From the IMG/VR virus record IMGVR_UViG_3300033066_002227: 64,000 nucleotides of DNA; one strand, given 5' to 3'. A program made the position numbers and the translations under genes. Each line of letters starts with the position of its first letter. Positions within the stretch are counted from its first letter, which is position 1. Of the stretch, positions 20,538 to 30,266 are shown in pieces. The notes beneath the pieces are model-generated. The model was not told the origin of the DNA. It searched no databases and was given only the letters and a program-made list of their open reading frames with translations. The stretch is from an uncultured virus (IMG/VR IMGVR_UViG_3300033066_002227) (Duplodnaviria > Heunggongvirae > Uroviricota > Caudoviricetes).

Positions 20538-20988
20538 ACAACTTACTTATGAAATAACAGATCACATAATTTCTAGATTAGAATTAATTCCAGATCCTAA
20601 TAAAGGAATTATAAATTCAAATTTTAAAATAAAAGACCTTGATCTAAGTGAAGAAGATGAGGCCCAAAAAAAAGTTCCAGTCTATTTTGCCAAAAGAAAG
20701 ATTTTTAATTTTTCATTTGACATGTTTGTTTGCTTTATAAACCATGAAGTAAATATAGTATTTAATTTATCTGAAACAGATTATTTATTTGGTATAAGAT
20801 CGTCTGCTGAATCTAAACAAATATTTTTGTTTTTAGAAAAACAATGGGTTCCCGCCTCAATATCCATACAAGCTAAAATATTGGCAAATATTGAGGATAT
20901 ATCTACCATCCCATCTGTTTGGGAAGCGGTTAAGCCAGATGACACAATGATGCTAAAGTTTTTTGCATTTTTAGAAACTAATGAATAA
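20527..20988 (+). CDS. hypothetical protein
   Basis: 153 aa ORF in operon. Confidence 0.55.
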   Translation: MKNKQLTYEITDHIISRLELIPDPNKGIINSNFKIKDLDLSEEDEAQKKVPVYFAKRKIFNFSFDMFVCFINHEVNIVFNLSETDYLFGIRSSAESKQIFLFLEKQWVPASISIQAKILANIEDISTIPSVWEAVKPDDTMMLKFFAFLETNE

Positions 20989-21271
20989 CTTAAATTTAAA
21001 TTTATTAAAGCAAGAGATAAAAAAAAGATTTCCTCATATAAAGAAAAAGCATATAAATGCTATAGTTTCTTTATTCTCAGAAGAATTAGAAACTTATTTA
21101 TTAGAAAATAATGAGATGTTAATTACAAATTTTTGTAAAATCTCATTAAGTTCAATGAATTTTACTCAAAAAAGTGGAATAACTAATAAAACATATGTAG
21201 GCACCTATAACAAAATTAAAATAAGGTTAGCTGAAAATTTAGTTAAAAAATTAAAGAGAAACATAAAATGA
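20981..21271 (+). CDS. HU/IHF-like DNA-binding protein
   Basis: 96 aa, basic; 'AIVSLFSEELETYL..N.EMLITNFCKI...RLAENLVKKLK'. Confidence 0.55.
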   Translation: MNNLNLNLLKQEIKKRFPHIKKKHINAIVSLFSEELETYLLENNEMLITNFCKISLSSMNFTQKSGITNKTYVGTYNKIKIRLAENLVKKLKRNIK

Positions 21272-21642
21272 AAGGTATTAAAATGACTCCCGAGATTCAA
21301 GCAATTCATAGTAATTTAGTAAATCAAAAAAATTCAATTCTAGAAAAATTAAAAAATGCAGAACTTATTAATGACGAAATCGATTTTGATGGGGATGAAA
21401 CAGATGAGATTCAGTCTGCAACTATTGAGTATATTTCTAATAACTTATCTGGAAGAGAAGTCTTAAGATTAAGAAACATTGAAGTTGCTTTATCAAAAAT
21501 TAAAGATGGATCATTTGGTTTTTGCGAAGAGTGTGGTGATTGCATCTCTTTAAAGAGACTATCTATCTTCCCTGAAACTACAATATGTATTGGCTGTGCA
21601 GAAGAAAATGAAAGATTGTCCAAGTCATTTAGACAATCTTGA
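21268..21642 (+). CDS. DksA/TraR C4 zinc-finger protein
   Basis: GDETD coiled-coil tip; ALSKI.DGSFGFCEECG..I...RL...P....CIGC. Confidence 0.85.
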   Translation: MKGIKMTPEIQAIHSNLVNQKNSILEKLKNAELINDEIDFDGDETDEIQSATIEYISNNLSGREVLRLRNIEVALSKIKDGSFGFCEECGDCISLKRLSIFPETTICIGCAEENERLSKSFRQS

Positions 21643-21657
21643 AAGAGTTTAAATTAA

Positions 21658-21918
21658 ATGAATTGTCTTATTTGTAACAAAGAACTGAAAAAATCTAAAA
21701 ATCATTTAAATAAATATGATTGTGTATCTAAAGATCATGATTTAGCACAAACTCCTATATCATTATGGATTTGGTTTATTGCAGAAGATATTAGATATAC
21801 AGAATTAAGCGATTTAAAAGTGTATTCAGTAGTGCAAAATAAAAAATATATACACCTAACTGAAAGACCTAAAAACTTAAGTTTAAATGAGTTTAAAAAA
21901 TATTTTATTTTAGACTGA
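21658..21918 (+). CDS. Zn-ribbon hypothetical KK-tail protein
   Basis: N-terminal CLIC...C....H; ends EFKKYFILD. Confidence 0.6.
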   Translation: MNCLICNKELKKSKNHLNKYDCVSKDHDLAQTPISLWIWFIAEDIRYTELSDLKVYSVVQNKKYIHLTERPKNLSLNEFKKYFILD

Positions 21919-21933
21919 TATATTATATAATAT

Positions 21934-22548
21934 ATGATCCCATTTATTAAGGAAAAGCGTCAAGTAGTTGATTATCCTCAAGATATTTTTGATAAGTTAA
22001 TAAAAGAACGAATTATATTTATTTATGATACAATTGATGATAATGTGGCATCAGAAGTTATTTCTAATCTAATCTTATTAGATCAAGAATCTCAAGAAAA
22101 AATAACATTAATAATTAACTCTGATGGTGGTGAAATTGCAGCTATTTTTGCAATTTATGATGTTATGAAACTTATTAAAACACCAATTGAAACTATTTGT
22201 ACTGGATCTGCACTAGATGAGTCATTACTATTGGTAATAGCTGGAACTAAAGGATTAAGATCTTGCACTGAAAGTGCTTTTTTTTGTTTAAGTCAATTAT
22301 ATCATGATTCTTATACTTTAAATGATCTAACTAATGTTAGAATTAGTTTAGATCAAACTAAAGAGAATAATAAACGCTTTTTAACCGCAATTGCAGAATG
22401 TACTTCTAAGGAAGTAATTAAATCTATTAGCAATTCTGACAAAAAAGTTTTCATGAATGCTTCTCAAGCTAAAAAGCTTGGACTAATTGATAATATTATA
22501 AAAGGTAAAACAAGTGCCACCCCAAAAACAAGAAATAAGAAATCCTGA
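21934..22548 (+). CDS. ClpP homolog lacking catalytic Ser/His (ClpR-like)
   Basis: DIFDKLIKERIIF, INSDGG, AIYDVM, AGTKG.R, GLIDNI; nucleophile region reads SALDES. Confidence 0.8.
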   Translation: MIPFIKEKRQVVDYPQDIFDKLIKERIIFIYDTIDDNVASEVISNLILLDQESQEKITLIINSDGGEIAAIFAIYDVMKLIKTPIETICTGSALDESLLLVIAGTKGLRSCTESAFFCLSQLYHDSYTLNDLTNVRISLDQTKENNKRFLTAIAECTSKEVIKSISNSDKKVFMNASQAKKLGLIDNIIKGKTSATPKTRNKKS

Positions 22549-23074
22549 AACGTTATCTTATTTAGCTGGTGATAGAAAAATCTTTTTATTTGAGCCAATA
22601 ACAAGGGAAGTTGCTAAAACATTTACCGCATTAATGATTTATTACTCAAATACTAGCCAAGAAGATGTTAGTATTTATATAAACACTAATGGTGGTGAAT
22701 CAGATGCTTTAGCTAATATTTATGATATTATGCAAAATGTAGAATTCCCAATTTCCACTTATTGTATTGGTAAAGCCTATAGCGCTGGCGCTTTTATATT
22801 AGCTGCTGGAACTAAAGGTAAAAGATATATTACTAAAAATTCTACAGTAATGATTCATGGACTACAAGCTCAGTTCCCACATCCATTGCTCCTCTCTCAC
22901 AAGGACTCTGACGTATACTTTAAATACCTGGAGCAAATAAATAACTATATTGCAGGCATCTTGGCTCGCCACACAGAGAATCCTATCTCAAAAATTAATA
23001 AAGATTTAGAGAGGGACCTTTACCTATCTGCTACAGAGGCGGTGAAATATAAAATTGCAGACCATATATTGTAA
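22514..23074 (+). CDS. clpP: ClpP protease subunit
   Basis: YINTNGG, AYSAGAFILAAG (Ser), MIHG (His), ERDLY (Asp). Confidence 0.88.
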   Translation: MPPQKQEIRNPETLSYLAGDRKIFLFEPITREVAKTFTALMIYYSNTSQEDVSIYINTNGGESDALANIYDIMQNVEFPISTYCIGKAYSAGAFILAAGTKGKRYITKNSTVMIHGLQAQFPHPLLLSHKDSDVYFKYLEQINNYIAGILARHTENPISKINKDLERDLYLSATEAVKYKIADHIL

Positions 23075-23098
23075 GCAATATTTGGCCATTTTATTTGA

Positions 23099-24589
23099 AT
23101 GTCTGACTTAGAAAAAAACGCTAGAAAAAAGTCCCCTGATCCAATTCAGGAGCATTTGCGTGCTCATAAAGAACATTGGAATGCCAATACTTCAAAACTT
23201 GTTGCTAGATTAATAGCGTTTAAAAAAGCTTTAAATGGCCGCGGAGATCCAAAGCTTGGTTTACCACCCTCAAATATCAAAGACCCTTTGCCTTCAATGG
23301 TAGAGTCTCTACTGGGTCAATTGAAACAAGATGCTGGTGATGTTTTATCAGATGCTGGCGATATAATTGAAGAGCAGCATAATTATGCTGCTACAAGAAA
23401 GAAAAAAGTAGTTGCTTCTCTAAATAAAGAAGCCACCAATGTTTTTACTAGATTTTGGTATAAATTATTTACTAGTGACGAGTATAAAGATTATAAAATC
23501 TCACTAATTAATTCATGTGTAGATTTAAATGAAGATCTAAAAAAACTAGAAGAATCTATATTATCAGTTGATAGAGCTGAGTTTCAAAAGTTAATAGGAG
23601 TAGAACAATCTATTCAATATAGATTTACATCTATTACTTATATATTTGAAACATTAAAAAGAGAATTGGGTGAAAAAAGAAAATCATTAAAGCAAGCTCC
23701 ATTAGGTCCTCAAGATAATATAAGAGAACTTGAGAATATGGAAAACTTTAAACCAAATTCTTCTCAAGAAGATATTAAATCTTATCAAGATTATGGAATA
23801 GAAAATCCAGATAAGTTAACTGAAATTAAAAATGATCTCAAAGCAAGCTTCGCCATATATAATGGTCCACTTTATTTAAAACCAATTAAAAGAATAACTC
23901 ATTTATCACGTTTAGTTTTAAAACTAAACAATAGAGTTATGTTTTTAAAATCTAAGCCTATACAAAAACCAAGATTAAATGCTGAAATCCTAAAAAATAA
24001 AGAGATTTATCAAGAAGTTGTGGCTATGTATGATTCAACTTTAAAAGAATTATCTAAACAACTAGATAAATACTTTTCTTCATACAAAGAATTATTTTCA
24101 TATCTAAACTCTAACCCAGAAGCTTTAGTAATTAAAAAAGAAGAAAAATTACCAAAACCACCAAAAGAAGATAAACCAACTAAGCCACCAATAGATGAGT
24201 TGTTTTCAGAAGCTTCAGTCTATAATGATATTAAAAATAATCTTCTTTCATTAAAATTTTGGGATCATACGGCCCCTACAAGAAGAGAGATATATAAACA
24301 CTGTAAAAAAGCTAGAGAAACTTCTAAGAAAGTAATGACTGCAATTGAAAGTAAGTCAGATCTTTCAATTATTGAAAGTCTAATTGTTAGCTTATCTCAT
24401 GATGTTGGCAGAATTTCTAATTTACTAGACGTAATTTATTTCTCATTAAAAGAAAAACGTATTGAATCACCAGATTTTAATAATAGAAAAATTCTTGATC
24501 AAGAAATTAATAAAGATTATAGATCTGTAATACGTCCAGAGAAAAGAGATTTGTATTACTTCAATAAATATAGAAGATATTTCTTATAA
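23099..24589 (+). CDS. large helical hypothetical protein (possible virion/internal protein)
   Basis: 496 aa coiled ORF. Confidence 0.55.
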   Translation: MSDLEKNARKKSPDPIQEHLRAHKEHWNANTSKLVARLIAFKKALNGRGDPKLGLPPSNIKDPLPSMVESLLGQLKQDAGDVLSDAGDIIEEQHNYAATRKKKVVASLNKEATNVFTRFWYKLFTSDEYKDYKISLINSCVDLNEDLKKLEESILSVDRAEFQKLIGVEQSIQYRFTSITYIFETLKRELGEKRKSLKQAPLGPQDNIRELENMENFKPNSSQEDIKSYQDYGIENPDKLTEIKNDLKASFAIYNGPLYLKPIKRITHLSRLVLKLNNRVMFLKSKPIQKPRLNAEILKNKEIYQEVVAMYDSTLKELSKQLDKYFSSYKELFSYLNSNPEALVIKKEEKLPKPPKEDKPTKPPIDELFSEASVYNDIKNNLLSLKFWDHTAPTRREIYKHCKKARETSKKVMTAIESKSDLSIIESLIVSLSHDVGRISNLLDVIYFSLKEKRIESPDFNNRKILDQEINKDYRSVIRPEKRDLYYFNKYRRYFL

Positions 24590-24933
24590 TGAAAAACTGT
24601 CAATGTATTATAAATGGTCAAGCATATGATGCTCTTTTAACAGAGTCATTAGATGAACAGCAATTGGGTTTAATGTATCAACCTTGGCCTCCACCCATTA
24701 TGGTTTTCTTATATTATGCTGCATCCAAAAATAAATTTTGGATGAAAAACACCCCATCACCATTAGATATTGTATTTGCACATAAAAATAAGATTATAGA
24801 TATTTGTGAAGGAAAACCATTATGTTTAGATCCAATTGGTCCAGAAGAAGAAACAGATTTAGTTGTTGAGTTTCCGAAAGGATTTTGTAAAGAAAATAAT
24901 ATTAAAAAATCAGATTCTATTTTTATTAAATAA
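24589..24933 (+). CDS. DUF192-family protein
   Basis: GLM, FWMKNTPSPLDIVF, VVEFPKG. Confidence 0.8.
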   Translation: MKNCQCIINGQAYDALLTESLDEQQLGLMYQPWPPPIMVFLYYAASKNKFWMKNTPSPLDIVFAHKNKIIDICEGKPLCLDPIGPEEETDLVVEFPKGFCKENNIKKSDSIFIK

Positions 24934-24957
24934 TTATTCACACAATTAGAGGTTCTT

Positions 24958-25878
24958 ATGACAATTTCTGCTCCAGAATTCAATTCTATTTTATCAAAAT
25001 TTAAAATTAATGCAACTTGTTTTGAAGATTATCATGATGAGTACGTATCATCATATGATTTAACATTTAATGTTGGATCTAAAATCAAAAATATTGATAA
25101 AGTTAAAGATGAATTAGCTTTGGCGCTTAAATCTGTAGGTAGGCCCTCTATCAAAATCTTACATGATAGGGGGTTAGTAAACGTATCATTTATTTCAAAA
25201 CAACTTGAGTCTTTATCTGTTAAAGAGTCAAATTTGTTTGAACCTAACATGCTAACGATTGGTAGGTTCTATGATAAATCTCTTCTTAAAATCGATTTAA
25301 GAGAAGATCCTCATATTTTAATTGCCGGTATTACTGGTTCAGGTAAAAGCACATTGCTGCATACTTGTATTTCAAATCTTTTGCAAGATAATGTTAGACT
25401 TGTTCTAGTAGATACAAAACAAATTGAGTTTGCAAGATATAAAGGCAAGAATGTATTCACTTGTTTGAATTATGATGATGCTTATAAAGCCATTTCTGTT
25501 CTAGAAAAAGAAATGTTGTTTAGATATGATAATTTTAATCCAAATAGACAAAAAATTGTTTGTATCATTGACGAGTTTGTTGATTTAATTCTACAAGACA
25601 AAGATGACACGCTAAAAACTAAAGTTTGCTCTCTTACTCAAAAAGGAAGAGCTGCTGGTATACATTTCATTGTGGCAACGCAACGCCCCGCCGCTTCAAT
25701 TATTAGTGGAGCAATTAAAGCAAACTTTTCTGCTAAAATTTCATTTAAAATGGCAAGTCATTTTGATTCTAAAGTAATTCTAGACCATTCAGGTGCAGAG
25801 AATTTAATTGGAAAAGGTGACGCACTAATATCTTCATCTAAGCTTTTCTTAGAGAGATTTCAAGCTTACCTACCATAA
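24958..25878 (+). CDS. FtsK/SpoIIIE-family ATPase (no membrane domain)
   Basis: PHILIAGITGSGKS, IIDEF, GRAAGIH..VATQRP, GAENLIGKGD. Confidence 0.88.
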   Translation: MTISAPEFNSILSKFKINATCFEDYHDEYVSSYDLTFNVGSKIKNIDKVKDELALALKSVGRPSIKILHDRGLVNVSFISKQLESLSVKESNLFEPNMLTIGRFYDKSLLKIDLREDPHILIAGITGSGKSTLLHTCISNLLQDNVRLVLVDTKQIEFARYKGKNVFTCLNYDDAYKAISVLEKEMLFRYDNFNPNRQKIVCIIDEFVDLILQDKDDTLKTKVCSLTQKGRAAGIHFIVATQRPAASIISGAIKANFSAKISFKMASHFDSKVILDHSGAENLIGKGDALISSSKLFLERFQAYLP

Positions 25879-25903
25879 GTATAAAAAAGAAAGTTTTAAA
25901 ATT

Positions 25904-26161
25904 ATGAAAGTTTTATCTGTAGAAGAACATGCTAAAACCTGGATGGCTAACCTATTATCTCAAGTTTCACTTAATGCTGATGGGAGCATTCAAATTAATA
26001 AAAGGCAAGCTATATTGAATGAATATTATAGAGTTGATTATGATTTTGGTAGATCTGACTATTATTATGGCGATAATCACTTATTTTCTTTAGAATTTGA
26101 AGATAAAACATTAAACCATTTTTCAGATGAACAAATGAAAAAATTAACTATGATAAAATAA
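25904..26161 (+). CDS. hypothetical KK-tail protein
   Basis: Ends QMKKLTMIK. Confidence 0.6.
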   Translation: MKVLSVEEHAKTWMANLLSQVSLNADGSIQINKRQAILNEYYRVDYDFGRSDYYYGDNHLFSLEFEDKTLNHFSDEQMKKLTMIK

Positions 26162-26451
26162 TGAATTCTTTCAAACAAATTTTAGAGTTTATGTATAAAC
26201 GAGGGGATGAACTTAGCCTTGAATATGTAGCTAAGAAAATAGAAACTCCTCAAGAAATTTTAGAAGATTTGTCTAAACATAACTCTTGTATAATTCGTTG
26301 TGGAGTGGCAATTAATCCAGCAACTCCTAAAGGCATTTTGATAATTTTATCTAAAGATAAAGATTATTATGTTCGCCACTGTGTTAATTGTAATAAAAAT
26401 TCTCCTGAAGAAGCTTTAATAAATATTAAAAAACTTAATATGTGTATGTAA
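26161..26451 (+). CDS. LRV/HEAT-like repeat protein with KK-tail
   Basis: Repeats 'VA.NP.TP..IL..LSKD'; ends NIKKLNMCM. Confidence 0.6.
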   Translation: MNSFKQILEFMYKRGDELSLEYVAKKIETPQEILEDLSKHNSCIIRCGVAINPATPKGILIILSKDKDYYVRHCVNCNKNSPEEALINIKKLNMCM

Positions 26452-26467
26452 TTATAAAGAGTAAATT

Positions 26468-27052
26468 ATGGAAATTTCAAAAAGACTTGACATTATAAAA
26501 GAAGACGCTACAAATTGTACAGCTTGTTTATTACATAAAACAAAAACTAATACAGTTTTTAGTAGAGGCAGTGAAGATGCTAAGATTTTTATTGTTGGAG
26601 AGGCTCCAGGTGAAACGGAAGATTTAGCTGGCAAGCCTTTTCTTGGAAAATCTGGAAAACTATTAGATGCAACACTAGCTTCTTATGGATTAGATTTAGA
26701 AAAAGATATTTATATAGCAAATGTAATTAAGTGTAGACCACCAGAGAATAGAAAACCAGAGCCAGCAGAAATAAATAAATGCTCCAAATTTTTAACAGAG
26801 CAAATAAATTTAGTAAATCCAAAAGCTATCATTGCTCTTGGTGCTACAGCAGCTAAATTCTTTACATCTTATTCATCAAGTATGGGTGCATTGCGCCTTT
26901 CTACTATTGAGTATAAATTTTCTTATCATAAACCAAAGGTGTTTATCACATATCATCCTTCATTTATTTTGCGTTCAGGTGGTACAAATTCAGAAAATTT
27001 TAAAATGTTTTCTGAAGATCTTAAAAAAGCAATAGACTATGCCAATAAATAA
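26468..27052 (+). CDS. uracil-DNA glycosylase family 4
   Basis: CTAC.L, VGEAPG..ED..G.PF.G.SG, KCRPP.NR, TYHPS. Confidence 0.92.
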   Translation: MEISKRLDIIKEDATNCTACLLHKTKTNTVFSRGSEDAKIFIVGEAPGETEDLAGKPFLGKSGKLLDATLASYGLDLEKDIYIANVIKCRPPENRKPEPAEINKCSKFLTEQINLVNPKAIIALGATAAKFFTSYSSSMGALRLSTIEYKFSYHKPKVFITYHPSFILRSGGTNSENFKMFSEDLKKAIDYANK

Positions 27053-27794
27053 ATGGAGACCAAATCATAAGTGCTACTATGTAGTTTCTTCTATTCATGG
27101 TAATTATGATTCTTTAGAAATAATTAAGACCAGATTATTTCCATTAAGAACTCATAAAAACCAAGAAGATAAGATAATATTTTTAGGCAATTATATAGGG
27201 CAACATGAATTATCATTTTATGTTGTTGAATCTCTTCTTAATATAGATAATGCTGTGTTTATAAAAGGTAAAAATGAGTGTGATTTTTTAAATGCCTTAA
27301 CAAATCAGGAGTCATATAATCAATGGCTTCAATCTGGTGGATTATCAGTGGCCACTAATTATTTAAAAGCTCAGAATTATAATGAATCTCCAATTCACTT
27401 GCCATTATCTAGATTTAAAAGCTTTATTCCAGAAGCACATTTAAATTTTTTCAAAAATTGCAAATCTTATTATAAAGATGACAATTACTTATTTTTACAT
27501 GGAGGATTTAATTATCTATTGCCATTTGTAGAAACTGATAATGAAAACTATTGCAAAGATACTTCTTTATTATTTGAAGCGCTAAAAACTAAGTCATTAA
27601 ATTTAAAAGATGATCTATTTGTAATAACAGGTATTAATAATAAAAACGAACCTATATTGCTTGATAATTTTTTAAATCTATCTTCTAAAGATATAAATGA
27701 AATTTATGTATTTGATTTGCACTCACTTGAATGTACAAGAATAAAAGATGGCAAAGAGAATTTATACAAATATCCTATTTCTTATTATCAATAA
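27039..27794 (+). CDS. calcineurin-like Ser/Thr phosphatase homolog with degenerate metal ligands
   Basis: SSIHG (for DxHG), GNYIG (for GDYxD), GKNE (for GNHE), FLHGG. Confidence 0.7.
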   Translation: MPINKWRPNHKCYYVVSSIHGNYDSLEIIKTRLFPLRTHKNQEDKIIFLGNYIGQHELSFYVVESLLNIDNAVFIKGKNECDFLNALTNQESYNQWLQSGGLSVATNYLKAQNYNESPIHLPLSRFKSFIPEAHLNFFKNCKSYYKDDNYLFLHGGFNYLLPFVETDNENYCKDTSLLFEALKTKSLNLKDDLFVITGINNKNEPILLDNFLNLSSKDINEIYVFDLHSLECTRIKDGKENLYKYPISYYQ

Positions 27795-28167
27795 GTAAAT
27801 TTTTAGATGTTTCATCTACAATGTATTGTAAATTATCAGCAAGTTCCTCATATACACGAATTTGCCTTCTTGTCATTTTAAAACATTGATCAAATGATCT
27901 TTTACCAAATTCAATGTTAATATCTCTATTTTTTGTTTTATAAAAACTTTCTTGAAACAAAATCCAGTCTCCTAAATTTTGTAGTTTAACAAAATTATAA
28001 GAAGAACTTGCGTCGATAAATAAAAGAACTATACTTTCATGTGGAAGGCCCCACGACGGTTCTTTAAACTTTGAAAAGACACCAATTAAATATTCTTTAG
28101 TTATAGGCTCTATATGGGAACTAGATAGTTTGCCCTCTAAATACCTAACTAAGATATTTTCCTTCAC
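27775..28167 (-). CDS. hypothetical protein
   Basis: 130 aa; QNLGDWILF...VYEELAD. Confidence 0.55.
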   Translation of the reverse strand: MKENILVRYLEGKLSSSHIEPITKEYLIGVFSKFKEPSWGLPHESIVLLFIDASSSYNFVKLQNLGDWILFQESFYKTKNRDINIEFGKRSFDQCFKMTRRQIRVYEELADNLQYIVDETSKNLLIDNKK

Positions 28168-28203
28168 AAATATATATTAAATTATAAATAAAACGAGCTA
28201 ATA

Positions 28204-29986
28204 ATGAAACTAATGATCGTAGAATCTCCTAAAAAGATACAAAAAATAAAAGAATATCTCCCAGCTGATTGGGAAATAGCTGCCTCTATTGGTCATATTT
28301 GTGATTTGGCAACCACACGGTAAATTTAATTTAGGTGTTGATGTTGAAAACGACTTCAAACCAAAATATGTATTGAATCAAGATAAAGTTAAAGTTGTAG
28401 ACAATCTAATTAAATTAGCTGAAAAATCAACAGAAGTTTATCTTGCAACCGATCCTGATAGAGAAGGCGAAGCTATCTCTAAACACATTAGCGAAAGACT
28501 TAAGACAACTAAGAAAAAAATGAAACGCATAACATTCAATGCTATTGATAAATTAGCGATCTCTAATGCGATTAAAAATGCCAGAGATATCAATGAAGAC
28601 TTATGCGATGCACAAGAAACTAGACGTATATTAGATCGTATAGTTGGATTTAGAGCATCTCCTTTATTATCTCAAGCATTAGGCTCTAATCTTTCTGCTG
28701 GCAGAGTACAATCTGTTGCTCTTAGAATGATTGTTGATGTTGAGAATCAAATTAAAAACTTTAAGCCTGAAAATTATTGGGTCTTGCATGCTGACTTAAA
28801 ACATAAAGACCATGATCAAGTATTTAAAGTCAAATATGAGGGTGAATTAAAGGAAGAAAAAGCTGCTGGTGCTTTGCAAAAAGAAATTGCAGGCATTAGT
28901 GATTTCTATATTTATTCAATTCAAAAGAAAGATGAAGCTGAAAAGCCACCGCCCCCATTAACAACAGCTAAACTGCAACAGGTAATGGCATCTAGTCATG
29001 GTTGGTCAGCTGATCAATCAATGAAAATTGCTCAGTCATTGTATGAGCAAGGTTTTGTTACTTATATTCGTACAGATTCAACTAGAACAGAAGAAGAGCC
29101 TCTTAAAAAATTAAGAGATTGGATGAAAAAAGAAAGCTTATCTTTTCCAAAAGTAGCATACAAATATGATGCTAAAACTGGTTCACAAGATGCCCACGAA
29201 TGTATTAGGCCAACAGATGTGTCTAATACTCCAAGTAAAATCCATCTTTTTGGTTTAGAAAAAGAGTTATATGAAGTAATTTGGAAACAATTTGTTGCCT
29301 CTCAAATGTCTCCAGCTATTTGGGACACAGTTAAAGTTGTAGTTAAAGATAAGAAAAATAAACATACATTCAAAGCTTCTGGTAATATCCTTAAGGATGA
29401 AGGATTTTATAAAATCCTTGGCAGACCAAGAGATAATGGTTTGCTATTACCACCTTTATCAGATAAAGATCCGTTAGAGCCAGCCAAAGAATCATTTGTT
29501 TCTTTGGAGAAAAAACAAACAACTCCACCTTCAAGATTCAATGAAGGAACTCTAATAAAAGATTTAGAGAAAAAAGGAATTGGTAGACCAGCTACATATG
29601 CCTCTATTCTAAAAAATATTCTAGATAGAAAATATGTCACATTAGAGAAAAAAGGCAAAACTCAGATTTATCATCCAACTGAGCTTGGTAATTCAATTTG
29701 TGATCTATTAACAAAATCTTTCCACTTTATGGACTATAATTACACTAAAGATATGGAAGATTTTCTTGATAAAATTGCAGAAGGTAAAACTTCTAAACTT
29801 GAGGTTCTAACCAAATTTTATGATGAATTTGAGGGAGAGTTGCTTAAAGCAAATAAATCAAGCAATATTACATTGTGTGATAAGTGCAAAGCTCCAATGA
29901 GAATGTTGACAAATAAAAAGGATGGATCTAAGTTTTTAGGTTGTACTGGTTATCCAAATTGTAAAAACACCAAATCAATAAAATAA
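28204..29986 (+). CDS. topA: DNA topoisomerase I (type IA), interrupted by +1 shift at CGG (28318-28320)
   Basis: MKLMIVESPKK...ASIGHICDLATT|c|GKFNLGVD; ATDPDREGE, SAGRVQS, TYIRTDS, QDAHE.IRPT, GIGRPATY, C-terminal Zn ribbon. Confidence 0.92.
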
Positions 29987-30255
29987 TGGAAATTATAGAA
30001 GTAGCATGGAGAGATTTTCACGACACTTATCCATTAAAAGATAATGTTTATTATAAAGTTATTTTTGATAATGGTTATAGATTCATAATGAATGAACAAA
30101 TTCATTATGAATCTGGCCCAGCCGATGTTATTGATAATATTGGTCATTATTATTTAAATGGTAAGTTTTTATTTAGTGAAATATTTCTAATTCAAAATAA
30201 TATAAAGCCACCAACTAGTTTAAATGAAATAAAAAAGATAATGTTGCTAATGTAA
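29986..30255 (+). CDS. hypothetical KK-tail protein
   Basis: Ends EIKKIMLLM. Confidence 0.65.
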   Translation: MEIIEVAWRDFHDTYPLKDNVYYKVIFDNGYRFIMNEQIHYESGPADVIDNIGHYYLNGKFLFSEIFLIQNNIKPPTSLNEIKKIMLLM

Positions 30256-30266
30256 GGAACGTAAAT

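Noticed and set aside
25879..25907. Further orphan tails (IKKKVLKL* before 25904; IKKIL* before 59455)
   Set aside because: Matches are short and A-rich and could arise by chance; only the 63794 copy is convincing.
28289..28318. ORF-track starts for topA (28289), PNKP (1026), DHFR (52052) and the GDPD-like gene (9021)
   Set aside because: They omit conserved N-terminal motifs that are encoded just upstream in the adjacent frame.
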